Below, piece by piece: positions 46,213-56,464 of a stretch of 64,000 bases of DNA (its first letter is position 1; every line of letters starts with the position of its first letter). This DNA comes from Candidatus Kapaibacterium sp. (lineage in GTDB: Bacteria > Bacteroidota > Ignavibacteria > Kapaibacteriales > UBA4661). A model generated the notes under the pieces. That model did not search any database. It was not told where the DNA came from and saw nothing but the letters and a program-made list of their open reading frames with translations. The translations under genes and the position numbers were made by a program. The stretch covers positions 6,024-70,023 of the forward strand of contig JANYIG010000165.1 of NCBI GenBank assembly GCA_025358765.1, read 5' to 3'.

Positions 46213-47589
46213 TTATAATTCTTGGAAAAATGATTTCATGCGTTCCAATACATTGACTTTGGACGCATCATGACCATCAGTTTCGTGTATGCCATTTTCA
46301 TACGCTATTTCTGGTATTCCTGATTCCATCGGTTGTACAGCTGCATCAATCGTCACATACTGCCGATGTCGCATAGCGTAGCGAATTAATCCCACACCTG
46401 TTGCATATTGCGGGTTTTCGACCTCAGGAGCAAGCCCTGTGCGTCCGACACCACCCGGAATACCGATTTTCACCGGCAGACCAAAAATTTCGCCAGCAAG
46501 GTCTTCCGCACCACGCAGCAGCGAACCACCACCGGTCAATACAACACCAGCAGACAAGCGGTTTGCGTAACCAGAGCGACGGATTTCAGCAAGAGCAAAT
46601 TCTAATAATTCTTCCATGCGTGGCTGAATAATCTCGCAAAGTAGGCTTTTTCTTATTTCCATCGGCTTACGACCACCCACACCCGGGATCATAAATTCTT
46701 CATCTTGCATGATGGAAGAGTAATATGTATGCCCAAATTCACGTTTCACGCGCTCTGCCTGTGTGGCAACGATGCCAAGACCTTGACGAACATCATCTGT
46801 TACTTGTTTGCCTGCAATGCCGAATACTGCGGTATGCCGAATAATGCCGCCTTCAAAAATTGCAATATCGGTTGTGCCGCCGCCAATATCAATCAGCGCC
46901 ACACCGACTTCCTTTTCTTCATCATCCAAAACGGCATAACTGCTTGCAAGCGGCTCCAATACAAGGTCACGTGCACGCATCCCGACGCGCTCTACGCACC
47001 GATAGATATTCTGCGCTGCCGTCACAAGCCCTGTCACAACGTGTACGCGAGCCTCCATCCGAATGCCGCTCATCCCAACTGGCTCTTGGATACCGTCTTG
47101 CCCGTCAATAATGTAATCTTGCGGAATAACGTGAAGAATCTTGCGATCGGCTGGGAGCGGGAGCTTACGGGTTTCTTCAAGCAAACGGTCAACATCATCT
47201 TGGGTAATTTCGCGGTTTGGGTTGGGAATCGAAATAATGCCCGTTGTTTGGAAGGATTGGATATGGTCGCCTGCGATCCCCACAACGACTTCCTCAATGG
47301 CAATGCCAGATTGCTGCTGCGCCTGTTCGATTGCTTGTTGAATAGCATCAACCGTTTCATTGATGTTTACCACAACGCCACGATTTAAGCCCTTGCTTGG
47401 AGCTTTGCCAATGCCTAATATGGTCAATGAGTTATTGGTATGAACCTGAGCAACAATCGCACACACTTTTGTTGTGCCAATGTCCAAGCCCACAACAATA
47501 TTGCGCGAACCGCCCGTGTAGGCGCTCGATTCCTCGTGGAGAGGTGTCTCAGGTATATCATGTTGTCTGCGTACTCGGCTCATAACCAC
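46213..47589 (-). CDS. ftsA: Cell division protein FtsA
   Basis: Actin-like ATPase (IVVGLDIGTTKVCAIVAQ, DIGGGTTDIAIF). Confidence 0.9.
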   Translation of the reverse strand: MVMSRVRRQHDIPETPLHEESSAYTGGSRNIVVGLDIGTTKVCAIVAQVHTNNSLTILGIGKAPSKGLNRGVVVNINETVDAIQQAIEQAQQQSGIAIEEVVVGIAGDHIQSFQTTGIISIPNPNREITQDDVDRLLEETRKLPLPADRKILHVIPQDYIIDGQDGIQEPVGMSGIRMEARVHVVTGLVTAAQNIYRCVERVGMRARDLVLEPLASSYAVLDDEEKEVGVALIDIGGGTTDIAIFEGGIIRHTAVFGIAGKQVTDDVRQGLGIVATQAERVKREFGHTYYSSIMQDEEFMIPGVGGRKPMEIRKSLLCEIIQPRMEELLEFALAEIRRSGYANRLSAGVVLTGGGSLLRGAEDLAGEIFGLPVKIGIPGGVGRTGLAPEVENPQYATGVGLIRYAMRHRQYVTIDAAVQPMESGIPEIAYENGIHETDGHDASKVNVLERMKSFFQEL

Positions 47590-47661
47590 ACTTATGTAAA
47601 ATTGACGAACGACGGCTCCAGAAGAAAGTTTACGAATTTGATAGTATTCAACACTATTTAT

Positions 47662-48462
47662 CTATAATGGAAAAACAACCACTTGACCAGACCACCGCAC
47701 ATCAATATAAGAGAATGCTCGTTTGTTAATACTCGATACTTTTTGCTTCCAAAAGGCGCTAAGACGGGCGATTTTCGCCTGCGCGTCGTCTGCCTTACCA
47801 AAGAGAATTGGTGTGGCTTGCGCGATTGTCACAAGCACGTATTCACCGTTTGGCATCACCTGAACCTCAGAGATATTTCTGGAAAGTTCTTTGTCATTTT
47901 CGTTCAATGTTTGCAGAATCGCCAAGGCTCCACGCAAGGTTGTACTATCTAAAACACTCCGCTGGATGTAGGTTATCATCGGAATATCTAATACGCTACC
48001 CACAAGACGGTATGGCAACAACGCCCCTTCGGTATCAACATAATATTGCTTATTTCGGTACAGAGCGTAAGCAATCGGTTTTCGTTCCTGAACTTGCAGC
48101 ATAATGGCATCGCCACTGCCTCGAAATGCGGATACTGTCCTGACAAACGGATGCTTTTGCACACGGCGTTCAATTTCGCCAAACGGAGCATCACGCACGG
48201 TCATCGAATCCACAGGAATATTCACCATCTCCAGAATTTCGTGCGATGGAATCAATGACGTACCAGAAACGACAATACGACTGATCCTCCGAGTGCTTTG
48301 CCAGCGCATTGCCGCAATAGTCAACAATAGCCCTATAATCACCACTACGGCTAAAAATCGTAGCGACAATGTTCTGCTCCGTATCGGTATAGGCTTTGCA
48401 GAACTCACAGATAAATTGTAGTAAACAGCGTTTATGAAAAACCAATGATGCCGTCTGCTCAC
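47662..48462 (-). CDS. ftsQ: Cell division protein FtsQ/DivIB
   Basis: N-terminal TM helix (FLAVVVIIGLLLTIAAM) followed by a POTRA-like domain. Confidence 0.7.
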   Translation of the reverse strand: MSRRHHWFFINAVYYNLSVSSAKPIPIRSRTLSLRFLAVVVIIGLLLTIAAMRWQSTRRISRIVVSGTSLIPSHEILEMVNIPVDSMTVRDAPFGEIERRVQKHPFVRTVSAFRGSGDAIMLQVQERKPIAYALYRNKQYYVDTEGALLPYRLVGSVLDIPMITYIQRSVLDSTTLRGALAILQTLNENDKELSRNISEVQVMPNGEYVLVTIAQATPILFGKADDAQAKIARLSAFWKQKVSSINKRAFSYIDVRWSGQVVVFPL

Positions 48463-48843
48463 AAACAGCTATGCTATACCGAACCACGTACCACAATTGC
48501 TGAGGGGCATATCGTGAATACGCCATGCAATTGGCGCTATAGTCATATCTATTTGGAATCGCTCAGATTTTGAACAGAGCAGAGACTTTTTGGGAGTTTT
48601 GCACAACGATGCTGCTTCGCAGTGCAAGGAATATGACAGTTGATGTATATTCGACATGCAAGGTACAAGTCTTTATAGGTATTTTCCAAGAAATTTTTTC
48701 GATACTTGCCGTTTTCTACTCAAATTTCACATTTTCACCACGTTCAACACGATATATCTCTGCTTCTGGCATCAAAGTTGAAGATTACATTACAATATTA
48801 TTGGCGATTTCTCGATGAACCTCATAAATCTCTTAAATCCGTT

Positions 48844-49755
48844 ATGAACGAACTATATCTTTCCATTCGCCATTTTCTTGAATACTGCGAAATTGAACGG
48901 GCGTACTCCCCGCGTACTGTTGATGGTTACAGGCTTGCATTAGAGCAGTTTACCGACTGCATGAAAGACCTCTATGGCGAACTGCCCACAGTCACGTCTA
49001 TCACGGCACACGATATTCGCGTTTTCCCTGGCTGGCTCCACGATAACGGTCAAGTGAACAATACAATTCGGATGAAAATCGCGGCTGTGAAGTCCTTCTT
49101 TAAATATTGCCTTAAAAAATCTATCACGACCAATAATCCGGCAGCGGTTGTCTCTTCGCCAAAACATGACAAAAAACTGCCCTCGTTTCTTCAGCAAGAG
49201 GAAGTTTCGGCACTGATGGATACATTCGACACAACCACGCCCAAAGGCGCACGAGATGCGGCTATTGCTGAACTATTGTATAGTTGCGGGCTACGCGTGA
49301 GCGAACTCACAGCACTCAACGCGGATACAGTGAATGTAAACGACCAGCAAGTAAAAATTATCGGAAAAGGTGGTAAAGAGCGCATTGTTCCCATAGGAAC
49401 TCGCGCCATTACTGCGCTGCGGCACTGGCTTTCGATGCGAAACCAGCTTAGAAGCTCGTCCTACAAAGGTGCGCCGGAGAATGCCTTGTTTTTATCAGTG
49501 CGAGGCTTACGAATCAATTCTGCTGAGGTGTATAGGATTATTCATGCTTCGATGCGTGAGGTAACGGAAACGCGCCAGAAAAGTCCCCACGTTTTGCGGC
49601 ACAGCTTTGCGACGCATCTGCTCGACAACGGTGCGGATATTTATGCGGTAAGCCAGATGCTCGGTCATTCATCGCTTTCAACCACACAAATTTATACGCA
49701 CGTTTCGATAGACCGTCTAAAACAATCGTACAAAATGGCGCATCCAAGAGCGTGA
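48844..49755 (+). CDS. Tyrosine site-specific recombinase, XerC/XerD family
   Basis: SAM-like N-domain. Catalytic C-domain with R...HxxR...Y (LRHSFATHLLDNGADIYAVSQMLGHSSLSTTQIYTHV). Start moved to ATG (MNELYLS). Confidence 0.8.
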   Translation: MNELYLSIRHFLEYCEIERAYSPRTVDGYRLALEQFTDCMKDLYGELPTVTSITAHDIRVFPGWLHDNGQVNNTIRMKIAAVKSFFKYCLKKSITTNNPAAVVSSPKHDKKLPSFLQQEEVSALMDTFDTTTPKGARDAAIAELLYSCGLRVSELTALNADTVNVNDQQVKIIGKGGKERIVPIGTRAITALRHWLSMRNQLRSSSYKGAPENALFLSVRGLRINSAEVYRIIHASMREVTETRQKSPHVLRHSFATHLLDNGADIYAVSQMLGHSSLSTTQIYTHVSIDRLKQSYKMAHPRA

Positions 49756-49816
49756 AAAAATGCAGTTGTATGAGTGAGTATGTGTTTACAAGTATTGTTA
49801 TGCTTTCCCCCCTTCA

Positions 49817-50340
49817 TCTGTCATTTCGGCGCTGTGGTGAATCATAGTGAAAAAATAACGAAGTGACGCGGGTGAGGCATCACTTCGTATTCGTGCGCGG
49901 TGAAACACACGAGTTCGTTCCATACCTCCAATCGTCGCACAAAACGCCTTTTCACTCCCGTACAGGGTCTCATTCTGTCGGCGTTCTTCGTCTTGCGCTG
50001 CGTGGCTCTTCGATGTGTTCCTGGCATAATGAAGCGTTGGTGGCGCTTGTGGTGCATCATGGCAAACTATCGTGGTGGATAGCTTCCTTGCGTTGTGATG
50101 GTGTTTGGTGAGTCTATCGTGGTGATTTATCTGTGGTGATAGACACGTGGTGTTCAATCAGGCGTTCAAATCAATCGCGCCGAAATGACAGCGTTGGGAA
50201 ACTATGGTGACGGCATGAGACAGCATGAGTGCATTAGGTGAAGCGTGGTGGATGCTGTGGTGAAATCGTTCAAATACATAAGCCATCAAATTTCTCTGTG
50301 GTGATTTGCGGGATGTCAAAGAACACTATACTCATTTGGT
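49817..50340. repeat. Non-coding region with at least 10 copies of a YGTGGTGR heptamer family, bracketed by a 14-bp perfect long-range inverted repeat (tgtcatttcggcgc / gcgccgaaatgaca, ~360 bp apart)
   Basis: Seen directly. Copies include ctgtggtgaatcat, ttgtggtgcatcat, cgtggtggatagc, cgtggtgatttat, tgtggtgatagac, cgtggtgttcaat, tatggtgacggc, cgtggtggatgc, tgtggtgaaatcg and tgtggtgatttgc. Confidence 0.5.
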
Positions 50341-50537
50341 GCTTGACATAATACAAACATCGTGCCAGTACACATTTGACAGAGACATTTGCCTTTAAGT
50401 TGTTGTTGTACCTTGCTTTCATCGAATCGGCATAATCCGATTACCTTGTAGCCGTCTCGGAATCTAATGTCTCAAAAAGAAACGTTGAATCAAAACAAGA
50501 CAGATTACAACAGAGCCTTAAAATCAGATATTGAACA

Positions 50538-51593
50538 ATGAATACCCATACAGATTCGATAAAACCTCGTATTGTGGTGATTGGCGTTGGGCATTTAGGC
50601 GCAATTCACGTTAAACTTTGGACGCAGAATGCTCAGGCAGTGTTGGTAGGTGTTTTGGACGAAAATGCAGAGCGTGCTCAGGCAGTGCTTTCTGAAGTTG
50701 GAAATCTTGACAGCCGCGTTTTTACGTCATTGGCGGAAGCATTGAAAAATGCCGATGCTGTGAGCATCGTTACGCCAACTTCGACACATTTTGACATTGC
50801 TACATTAGCTCTCAGCGCCGGCAAACACTGCTTTATCGAAAAACCCATCACGACGACTTCCCTACAAGCTCTGGAGCTTAATACACTCGCCGAGCAGAAC
50901 GGATGCGTCATTCACGTCGGACACGTAGAGCGCTTCAATCCAGCGCTACGGGCGTTCCAAAGCTCCACGCAACACTATGATTTTGCACCACTCTTTATTG
51001 AGGCACACCGTTTGGCACAGTTCAAGCCCCGTGCAACGGATGTTTCCGTGATTTTAGATTTGATGATTCACGATATTGATATCGTACTTTGGCTCGTGAA
51101 ATCGCGTGTGGTACAGATTGATGCTAATGGCGTTGCTGTGCTGACGGACACGCCAGATATTGCCAATGCCCGCATCCGCTTCGAGAACGGTTGTGTGGCA
51201 AATCTGACCGCCTCGCGCATTACGCAAAAGCCAATGCGGAAAATGCGCGTGTTCCAACGCGATGCCTACGTCTCGATGGATTTTGCTGAAAAAAGTGTGG
51301 AAGTGTTCCGATTAATGGACGAAGAAGGTGCTGGAAACGCTATGCAAAGCAGCCTTGCAGGCGGTGTGCCGGCAATGATGTTGGGCAATATTGAGGCAGG
51401 AACACGCAACCGTGCTATCCTTTTTGAAAAACCGATTGTGACTGATTCTAACGCTATTGCCGCCGAACAACAGCATTTTCTGGATGCCATTCGACTTGGC
51501 GATGCGTCGGCTACACCACCTGCCACCACTGCCCTCGAAGCCGCCGAAGCGCTCCGCGTTGCAGAAATCATTACTGCACAGATGATGGGGTAG
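50538..51593 (+). CDS. Gfo/Idh/MocA-family NAD(P)-dependent oxidoreductase
   Basis: Rossmann GxGxxG (VIGVGHLGAIH) and the Gfo/Idh/MocA C-terminal domain. Confidence 0.85.
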   Translation: MNTHTDSIKPRIVVIGVGHLGAIHVKLWTQNAQAVLVGVLDENAERAQAVLSEVGNLDSRVFTSLAEALKNADAVSIVTPTSTHFDIATLALSAGKHCFIEKPITTTSLQALELNTLAEQNGCVIHVGHVERFNPALRAFQSSTQHYDFAPLFIEAHRLAQFKPRATDVSVILDLMIHDIDIVLWLVKSRVVQIDANGVAVLTDTPDIANARIRFENGCVANLTASRITQKPMRKMRVFQRDAYVSMDFAEKSVEVFRLMDEEGAGNAMQSSLAGGVPAMMLGNIEAGTRNRAILFEKPIVTDSNAIAAEQQHFLDAIRLGDASATPPATTALEAAEALRVAEIITAQMMG

Positions 51594-51601
51594 TTGTACG
51601 A

Positions 51602-52039
51602 TTATCGTTCTACGGTCATCATCGTGGCTTGCATCAGCGCCACCGCTCGTTCTTCGCCGTTTTTTACCGCGAGTACTTCGCCCGTACAGATGGTGAGCGT
51701 CTTCCCAGCTTTTACGACCTGCCCGCGAGCAATAAAGCGCTCTCCGACGGCGGGTGCGAGCATGTTAATTTTGAACTCCACAGAAACCACATCCGCATCA
51801 TCGGGCATCAACGTCAAAGCAGCATAACCACAAGCACTATCCACGATCGTCGTCGTCACGCCCGCATGAAGAAAACCTTGTTGCTGGAGAATATGCGGCG
51901 CGTACGGCAATTCGATAAGAACCTCGCCCGCACGAATGCTCACAAGTGATGCTCCAAGCGTTGCCATGATAGTTTGTTTTGTAAAACTTTCCCGCACACG
52001 GTCTTCAAATGCGGGGTTAGAGGGAGTAAATATGTTCAT
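51602..52039 (-). CDS. PaaI/hotdog-fold thioesterase
   Basis: 145 aa, with the HAGV...GD hotdog pattern. Confidence 0.7.
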   Translation of the reverse strand: MNIFTPSNPAFEDRVRESFTKQTIMATLGASLVSIRAGEVLIELPYAPHILQQQGFLHAGVTTTIVDSACGYAALTLMPDDADVVSVEFKINMLAPAVGERFIARGQVVKAGKTLTICTGEVLAVKNGEERAVALMQATMMTVER

Positions 52040-52067
52040 GTCAAGATTTGGGTTTCAAATGAAGGTA

Positions 52068-53075
52068 TTACCAGCGTTCGGGAAGAACTGCTCCAGAAAG
52101 CCGCACAGGTACTGGTGGTGCAGGGGCAATGTACGGCGTTCGTGCCACAAGGCGCTTGCCGTCAACTTCAGATCGCCATTCTGCTGCGCCGGAACGTACT
52201 ATCTCTGTCAATAGATTTTCTGCAAAGATCGCGGGTGCTTGGTTGAAGATATGTCGGCTAAAATCCAGTAACCACAAACATTCCAGCAAATAAGGCTCCA
52301 CATCAGCTTCTTGCAACCCGTCGCGGAGCATCAGCGCATACGCGAAAATCCGCTTTGCACCGTGCCACGCCATTTTTTCTGGCTCCGTAAGCCACGAGCG
52401 ATACCGTTTGAGCGCAGCCTCTATTGCTGTCTTTGGCTCATCAATCACAGCCCCATGCCCAGAATATGCCACGCGAATCGACATGACTGCAAAGCGCTCT
52501 AATACTTCGATGGAGCGTTCGAGTGTACCCGCGCCCTCGCGGAAAGGATTCAACCACGCAACGTCGTCGCGTTGCAATACATCACCACACAAAAGTACCT
52601 GCTCATGCGGCTCGTAGAGCGCGATATGACCAAGCGTGTGTGCCGGAGTGTGCAATACGCGTAGAGTGACAGAGCCAGTGGAAAGTTCATCGCCTTCGGA
52701 CAATACTTGTTGCACGGTATAGGACTCTATGGGTTGGTCGAGCCAAGCAGCCGTGCAGGCTTCACGGTCGCGGCGATTGACGAGACTTGCATCCCATCGG
52801 TGTGCTGCAATAGGCGTTCCAAAGCGGTTTTGAAAAAAATGGTTGCCACCAACGTGATCGGAGTGATAATGCGTGTTGACGATGAGAGCGATTTTTTCTG
52901 GTGGAACACCCGCAGCACCTATCAATGCTTGTGTTTCGGCGATATCACTACCAAAACCTGTATCCACGAGAATAGGGCGTTCGCCATGCAAAAGGACGCT
53001 GTTTGCGCTTGGGAAGCGGCGTTCAAGGAAAGTCAGCCATAACGGAGGGTTCATCGCCACTTTCATGCTCACCAC
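52068..53075 (-). CDS. MBL-fold metallo-hydrolase
   Basis: HYHSDHVGG zinc-binding motif. Confidence 0.8.
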   Translation of the reverse strand: MVSMKVAMNPPLWLTFLERRFPSANSVLLHGERPILVDTGFGSDIAETQALIGAAGVPPEKIALIVNTHYHSDHVGGNHFFQNRFGTPIAAHRWDASLVNRRDREACTAAWLDQPIESYTVQQVLSEGDELSTGSVTLRVLHTPAHTLGHIALYEPHEQVLLCGDVLQRDDVAWLNPFREGAGTLERSIEVLERFAVMSIRVAYSGHGAVIDEPKTAIEAALKRYRSWLTEPEKMAWHGAKRIFAYALMLRDGLQEADVEPYLLECLWLLDFSRHIFNQAPAIFAENLLTEIVRSGAAEWRSEVDGKRLVARTPYIAPAPPVPVRLSGAVLPERW

Positions 53076-53707
53076 GGATAGCCTTGTAAGTCAATAGCGG
53101 TAGGGGTAAATTGTCCAGCCGTACCGGTGTGCAGCATCGTATTTGCTTGCCATGTTTCTTTGCTGCCATCAGGCTTGTTGAATTGGAGCGAGCAACCTAC
53201 GACGTACCATCCTGCGTGTTCGTAATACGGTACTAAGTGGTCACGACAGAGCAGCAAGCCGCATTCTGCCTTGAGTTCATTAAACATAAAGCGATAGACT
53301 TCCTCTAGCACGGATGTTGCGTAGCCTTTGTGACGATGCTCTGCAGGCGTGACGGCATTGCTGAGTCCTGCAACTTTGACGGCTTCGGCATCGAAGAGGA
53401 CGCGCTTATTGACAATGCCTACAAAACTCACAATCTCTCGCCCACGCCGTGCAACTGCCATCCAGTCCGGCTCTGCCCATTTGTAGCGACGCACAATATC
53501 AAGATGCCCAAATTCCTGATGCGTGAGCATATCAATCTGCTGACGCAGTGCTGGCGGCAGGTCTTTGGTTCGTTGAATGGCAATTGTAATCTCAGGTTCC
53601 ATAGTCGTAAGCCCAAAGAAAGTGGAAAATTCCTGACGATAAACGCGGAGGAGCAATGCTAAAACAATGTTAAAAGATACAACACCGTTTGAGCCGGAGC
53701 AACACAA
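53069..53707 (-). CDS. GNAT-family N-acetyltransferase
   Basis: Acetyl-CoA binding pattern (R/Q-x-x-G-x-A/G-like HRHKGYATSVLEEV). It overlaps the preceding gene by 7 nt. Confidence 0.6.
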   Translation of the reverse strand: MCCSGSNGVVSFNIVLALLLRVYRQEFSTFFGLTTMEPEITIAIQRTKDLPPALRQQIDMLTHQEFGHLDIVRRYKWAEPDWMAVARRGREIVSFVGIVNKRVLFDAEAVKVAGLSNAVTPAEHRHKGYATSVLEEVYRFMFNELKAECGLLLCRDHLVPYYEHAGWYVVGCSLQFNKPDGSKETWQANTMLHTGTAGQFTPTAIDLQGYPW

Positions 53708-53843
53708 AAAACGATAGTACGTTATTTTCTTTCGCCGAACGCCAACTGCACCGCCAAACCCGCTAAAATTGAACCCATCACATGCTTCTGAACCCCTCTT
53801 TCCGCGAAGGAGAAATTTCCTATATGAAGCGTCGCTTTACGCT

Positions 53844-55022
53844 CTACGATTGACCAGAGTTCTCAATAAATATGCGCTGCGCTGCGGCAACGCCGCTTCC
53901 CGGCTTGAACGAGTGTTCAACGCGCTTTAAGGCATGTTCGATAGCACCCAACACTGTGAGCATATCGCCTTCATCGTAGTAGCCTAAATGTGACACACGA
54001 AAAATCACATCTTTGATACTGTCCTGCCCCGAGGTCACGGTGATGCCGTAATCTTTTTTGAGCATCGTCAGGAACTGTTTACCCATTGCGGGTTGGTTGA
54101 TGGCAGTCACGGCGTGGGATGGCGATTCGCTGAACAGCGAGAGGTTTAATGCCTGCACGCCTGCACGAAGACCTTTTGACAAAGTTTCATGGCGTTTCCA
54201 GACGTTTTCTACGCCTTCATCTATAATCATTTGCAACGCGGGAGCAAGCCCCACAAAGAGCGTTACAGCTGGTGTCCACGGAGTTGAATGTTCTTCCCAT
54301 GCGGCTTTTGCTTTTTTCAGGTCGAAGTAAAATTTCGGAAGTTTAGCAGTCGCGGCTTTATCCCACGCACGTTGGCTGAGGGCAACAAAAGCAAGTCCGG
54401 GTGGAATCATCAAACCTTTTTGCGAACCAGTAATCAACACGTCCAAGCCCCACTCATCCATGCGGCACTCATGCGCCCCGACGGAGGTGATGCCGTCAAT
54501 ACAAACCAGCGCGTTGGAATTTGCCCGAATTACTTGTGCCATACGCTTAATATCGGTGTATGTGCCGGTGGAGGTTTCGCTGTGTACGAGCCACACACAT
54601 TTCGCGTCGGGATGTTGTTTCAGCGTACTCGCAAGCTGATCTTCGCTCACTGCTTTGCCCCATTCGACAGCGATTTCCACGCTTTCCATACCGAAAGTCT
54701 TCATCATTTCCCCCCACCGCTCGGCGAATTTGCCATTATTGACGTTGATGCCTTTGTCGCCGGGTGAAAAAAGACTTGTCATCGCTGCTTCCGCCGCGCC
54801 CGTACCAGAAGACGTGAGTGACAACACAGGCTGCACGGTGCAAAAGAGTGTTTGCAGGTTTTGGTTAATACGCTCCATAATAGCGATAAATTCGGGATGC
54901 CGATGGTGGATAATCGGCTGCGCCATTTGCAGCATCACATGTTCAGGAACAGGCGTGGGACCGGGTGTGAACAGACGGGGTTTTCGCATAGAGGTGTCGT
55001 GCTTGGTTGCTTCGTGCTTCAT
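53844..55022 (-). CDS. Class V pyridoxal-phosphate aminotransferase (serine-pyruvate / alanine-glyoxylate aminotransferase family)
   Basis: AT class-V fold with a PLP-lysine region (ITGSQKGLMIPPGLAFV). Confidence 0.85.
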   Translation of the reverse strand: MKHEATKHDTSMRKPRLFTPGPTPVPEHVMLQMAQPIIHHRHPEFIAIMERINQNLQTLFCTVQPVLSLTSSGTGAAEAAMTSLFSPGDKGINVNNGKFAERWGEMMKTFGMESVEIAVEWGKAVSEDQLASTLKQHPDAKCVWLVHSETSTGTYTDIKRMAQVIRANSNALVCIDGITSVGAHECRMDEWGLDVLITGSQKGLMIPPGLAFVALSQRAWDKAATAKLPKFYFDLKKAKAAWEEHSTPWTPAVTLFVGLAPALQMIIDEGVENVWKRHETLSKGLRAGVQALNLSLFSESPSHAVTAINQPAMGKQFLTMLKKDYGITVTSGQDSIKDVIFRVSHLGYYDEGDMLTVLGAIEHALKRVEHSFKPGSGVAAAQRIFIENSGQS

Positions 55023-55306
55023 TACTTAGTTATTCGTTGGTTTTTTGACACACGAAGGTACGAAATTTGCACTTTCCACGCAAAAAGCTGTTTTTTTAGT
55101 TCTCCGTATATGCGCTTACTTTAGCCTACAGCAAGTACGAGACAAAATGTAAAAATGAGAATTGTTAGAATGATATGGGTTAGACGATCCATTCGTTCAT
55201 CACGTTCAGAACGCAATTCTACTCTCATAACGCACCTTTGGATGATTAAGAATTATTGTGTTGTTATTAGGACAAAAACAATGGGACGAAAAACAAGTAA
55301 CATTCT

Positions 55307-56464
55307 CTATAATGCTGTGCAGGGCAGGTCAATTGTGACAGTTGTTTCTTCCCCCAAAACGCTTATGATACTCAGGTTTCCTTCAAATACCTCCATAATT
55401 TTTTTAACGATTGCTAACCCCATTCCAATACCTTGTTGTTCAAATCGCGCACGATCAAACTGCATGAATGCACCGATGCTCGTTACTTGTTCCGGCGACA
55501 TGCCGCGTCCGTGGTTGTTTATGGCGAGATAACATCGCCCGAGGTTGTACCATAACGAAATGCTGATTGCCGAGCCTTGCGGCGAATATCGGCAAGCGTT
55601 TTCTACCAATTGTTCAACCGCAATCGTCATGTATCCGGGCGTTATTGACACATTGTAGTTTTGGTAATCGTGCCGCGTCTTTTGCTCCTGCGCCATGAGC
55701 GACTCGCGGGGAACTTCTATGTGCATATCACCCACGCGCTGAAACATATAGGCGATACTCATTGCTTTTTCAACCATAATCGGCTCTGGGAGTACAACCG
55801 ACTGCGTTCGCAACTGTTCAAGCTCGCAACGGTCGTGAGTCATAAATTCTAATTTTGCATATAACAAAATATCTTCCAGCAATTGATGAAGTCTTTGTGA
55901 AGAATGATGAATTTGGGCAAGAATTTCAAGCGAGTCCTTAACAGGCAGCGTCGGCAATATATCCTGAAGTAGTTCCGTACCCCCAAGGATAGACGTAAGA
56001 GGTGTGCGGAATTCGTGCGCCAACATAATATCCAACAGCGCGTTCCGATACAATCCCATCGTTTGGTGGGAATGATACTCCGCAATGACTGTATGGCGCT
56101 GTAGTCGCTGGCTCACAACATCAGCAACCTCCGACGGGTACAGCGGCTTAACAATAAAATCGTCTGCCCCATACCGCATCACTACTTGCGGGTTAGCATC
56201 TTCGTCAGGCTCAACCAAACACACGATGGGCAGATGTTTCCACATCGGAGATTGGCGAATAGCACACAAAGCATTCTCATGGTTACACAACGATGATAGA
56301 GAAACAGCCGCAACAATAATATCTGGCTTGAATTCATCGTCCATGCTCTCCACAGCCTGTGCAAACGTAGCCGCATACTTCACCCGATATGATAACGACT
56401 GCATCGTCTCCATTAGTTTCTGCGCCGTATCGCTATGCTGCTCAATAATAAGAATGTGTTTCAT
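55307..56464 (-). CDS. Histidine kinase with an N-terminal degenerate (pseudo-)receiver domain
   Basis: HisKA (LAHEFRTPLTSILGG) and HATPase_c (GIGMGLAIVKKIME) are present. The N-terminal REC-like fold appears to have its phospho-acceptor position occupied by Ala (PDIIVAAVSL). Start moved to ATG (MKHILII). Confidence 0.7.
   Translation of the reverse strand: MKHILIIEQHSDTAQKLMETMQSLSYRVKYAATFAQAVESMDDEFKPDIIVAAVSLSSLCNHENALCAIRQSPMWKHLPIVCLVEPDEDANPQVVMRYGADDFIVKPLYPSEVADVVSQRLQRHTVIAEYHSHQTMGLYRNALLDIMLAHEFRTPLTSILGGTELLQDILPTLPVKDSLEILAQIHHSSQRLHQLLEDILLYAKLEFMTHDRCELEQLRTQSVVLPEPIMVEKAMSIAYMFQRVGDMHIEVPRESLMAQEQKTRHDYQNYNVSITPGYMTIAVEQLVENACRYSPQGSAISISLWYNLGRCYLAINNHGRGMSPEQVTSIGAFMQFDRARFEQQGIGMGLAIVKKIMEVFEGNLSIISVLGEETTVTIDLPCTAL

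Noticed and set aside
48844-49755. Prophage or integrative-element integrase
   Set aside because: The recombinase has XerC/XerD-like length and motifs. No phage, conjugation or tRNA target genes are adjacent. It is treated as a housekeeping or orphan Xer-type recombinase, although the adjacent repeat region keeps a degraded-element origin possible.
49798-50157. 119-aa minus-strand ORF inside the heptamer-repeat region
   Set aside because: Its His/Thr-rich low-complexity translation is a direct consequence of the GTGGTG/CACCAC repeats. There is no start context or homology, so it is treated as non-coding.
49817-50340. Possible CRISPR array
   Set aside because: The repeats are only 7-13 nt long, irregularly spaced and imperfect. 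No cas genes are in the window. The pattern is not consistent with a CRISPR.
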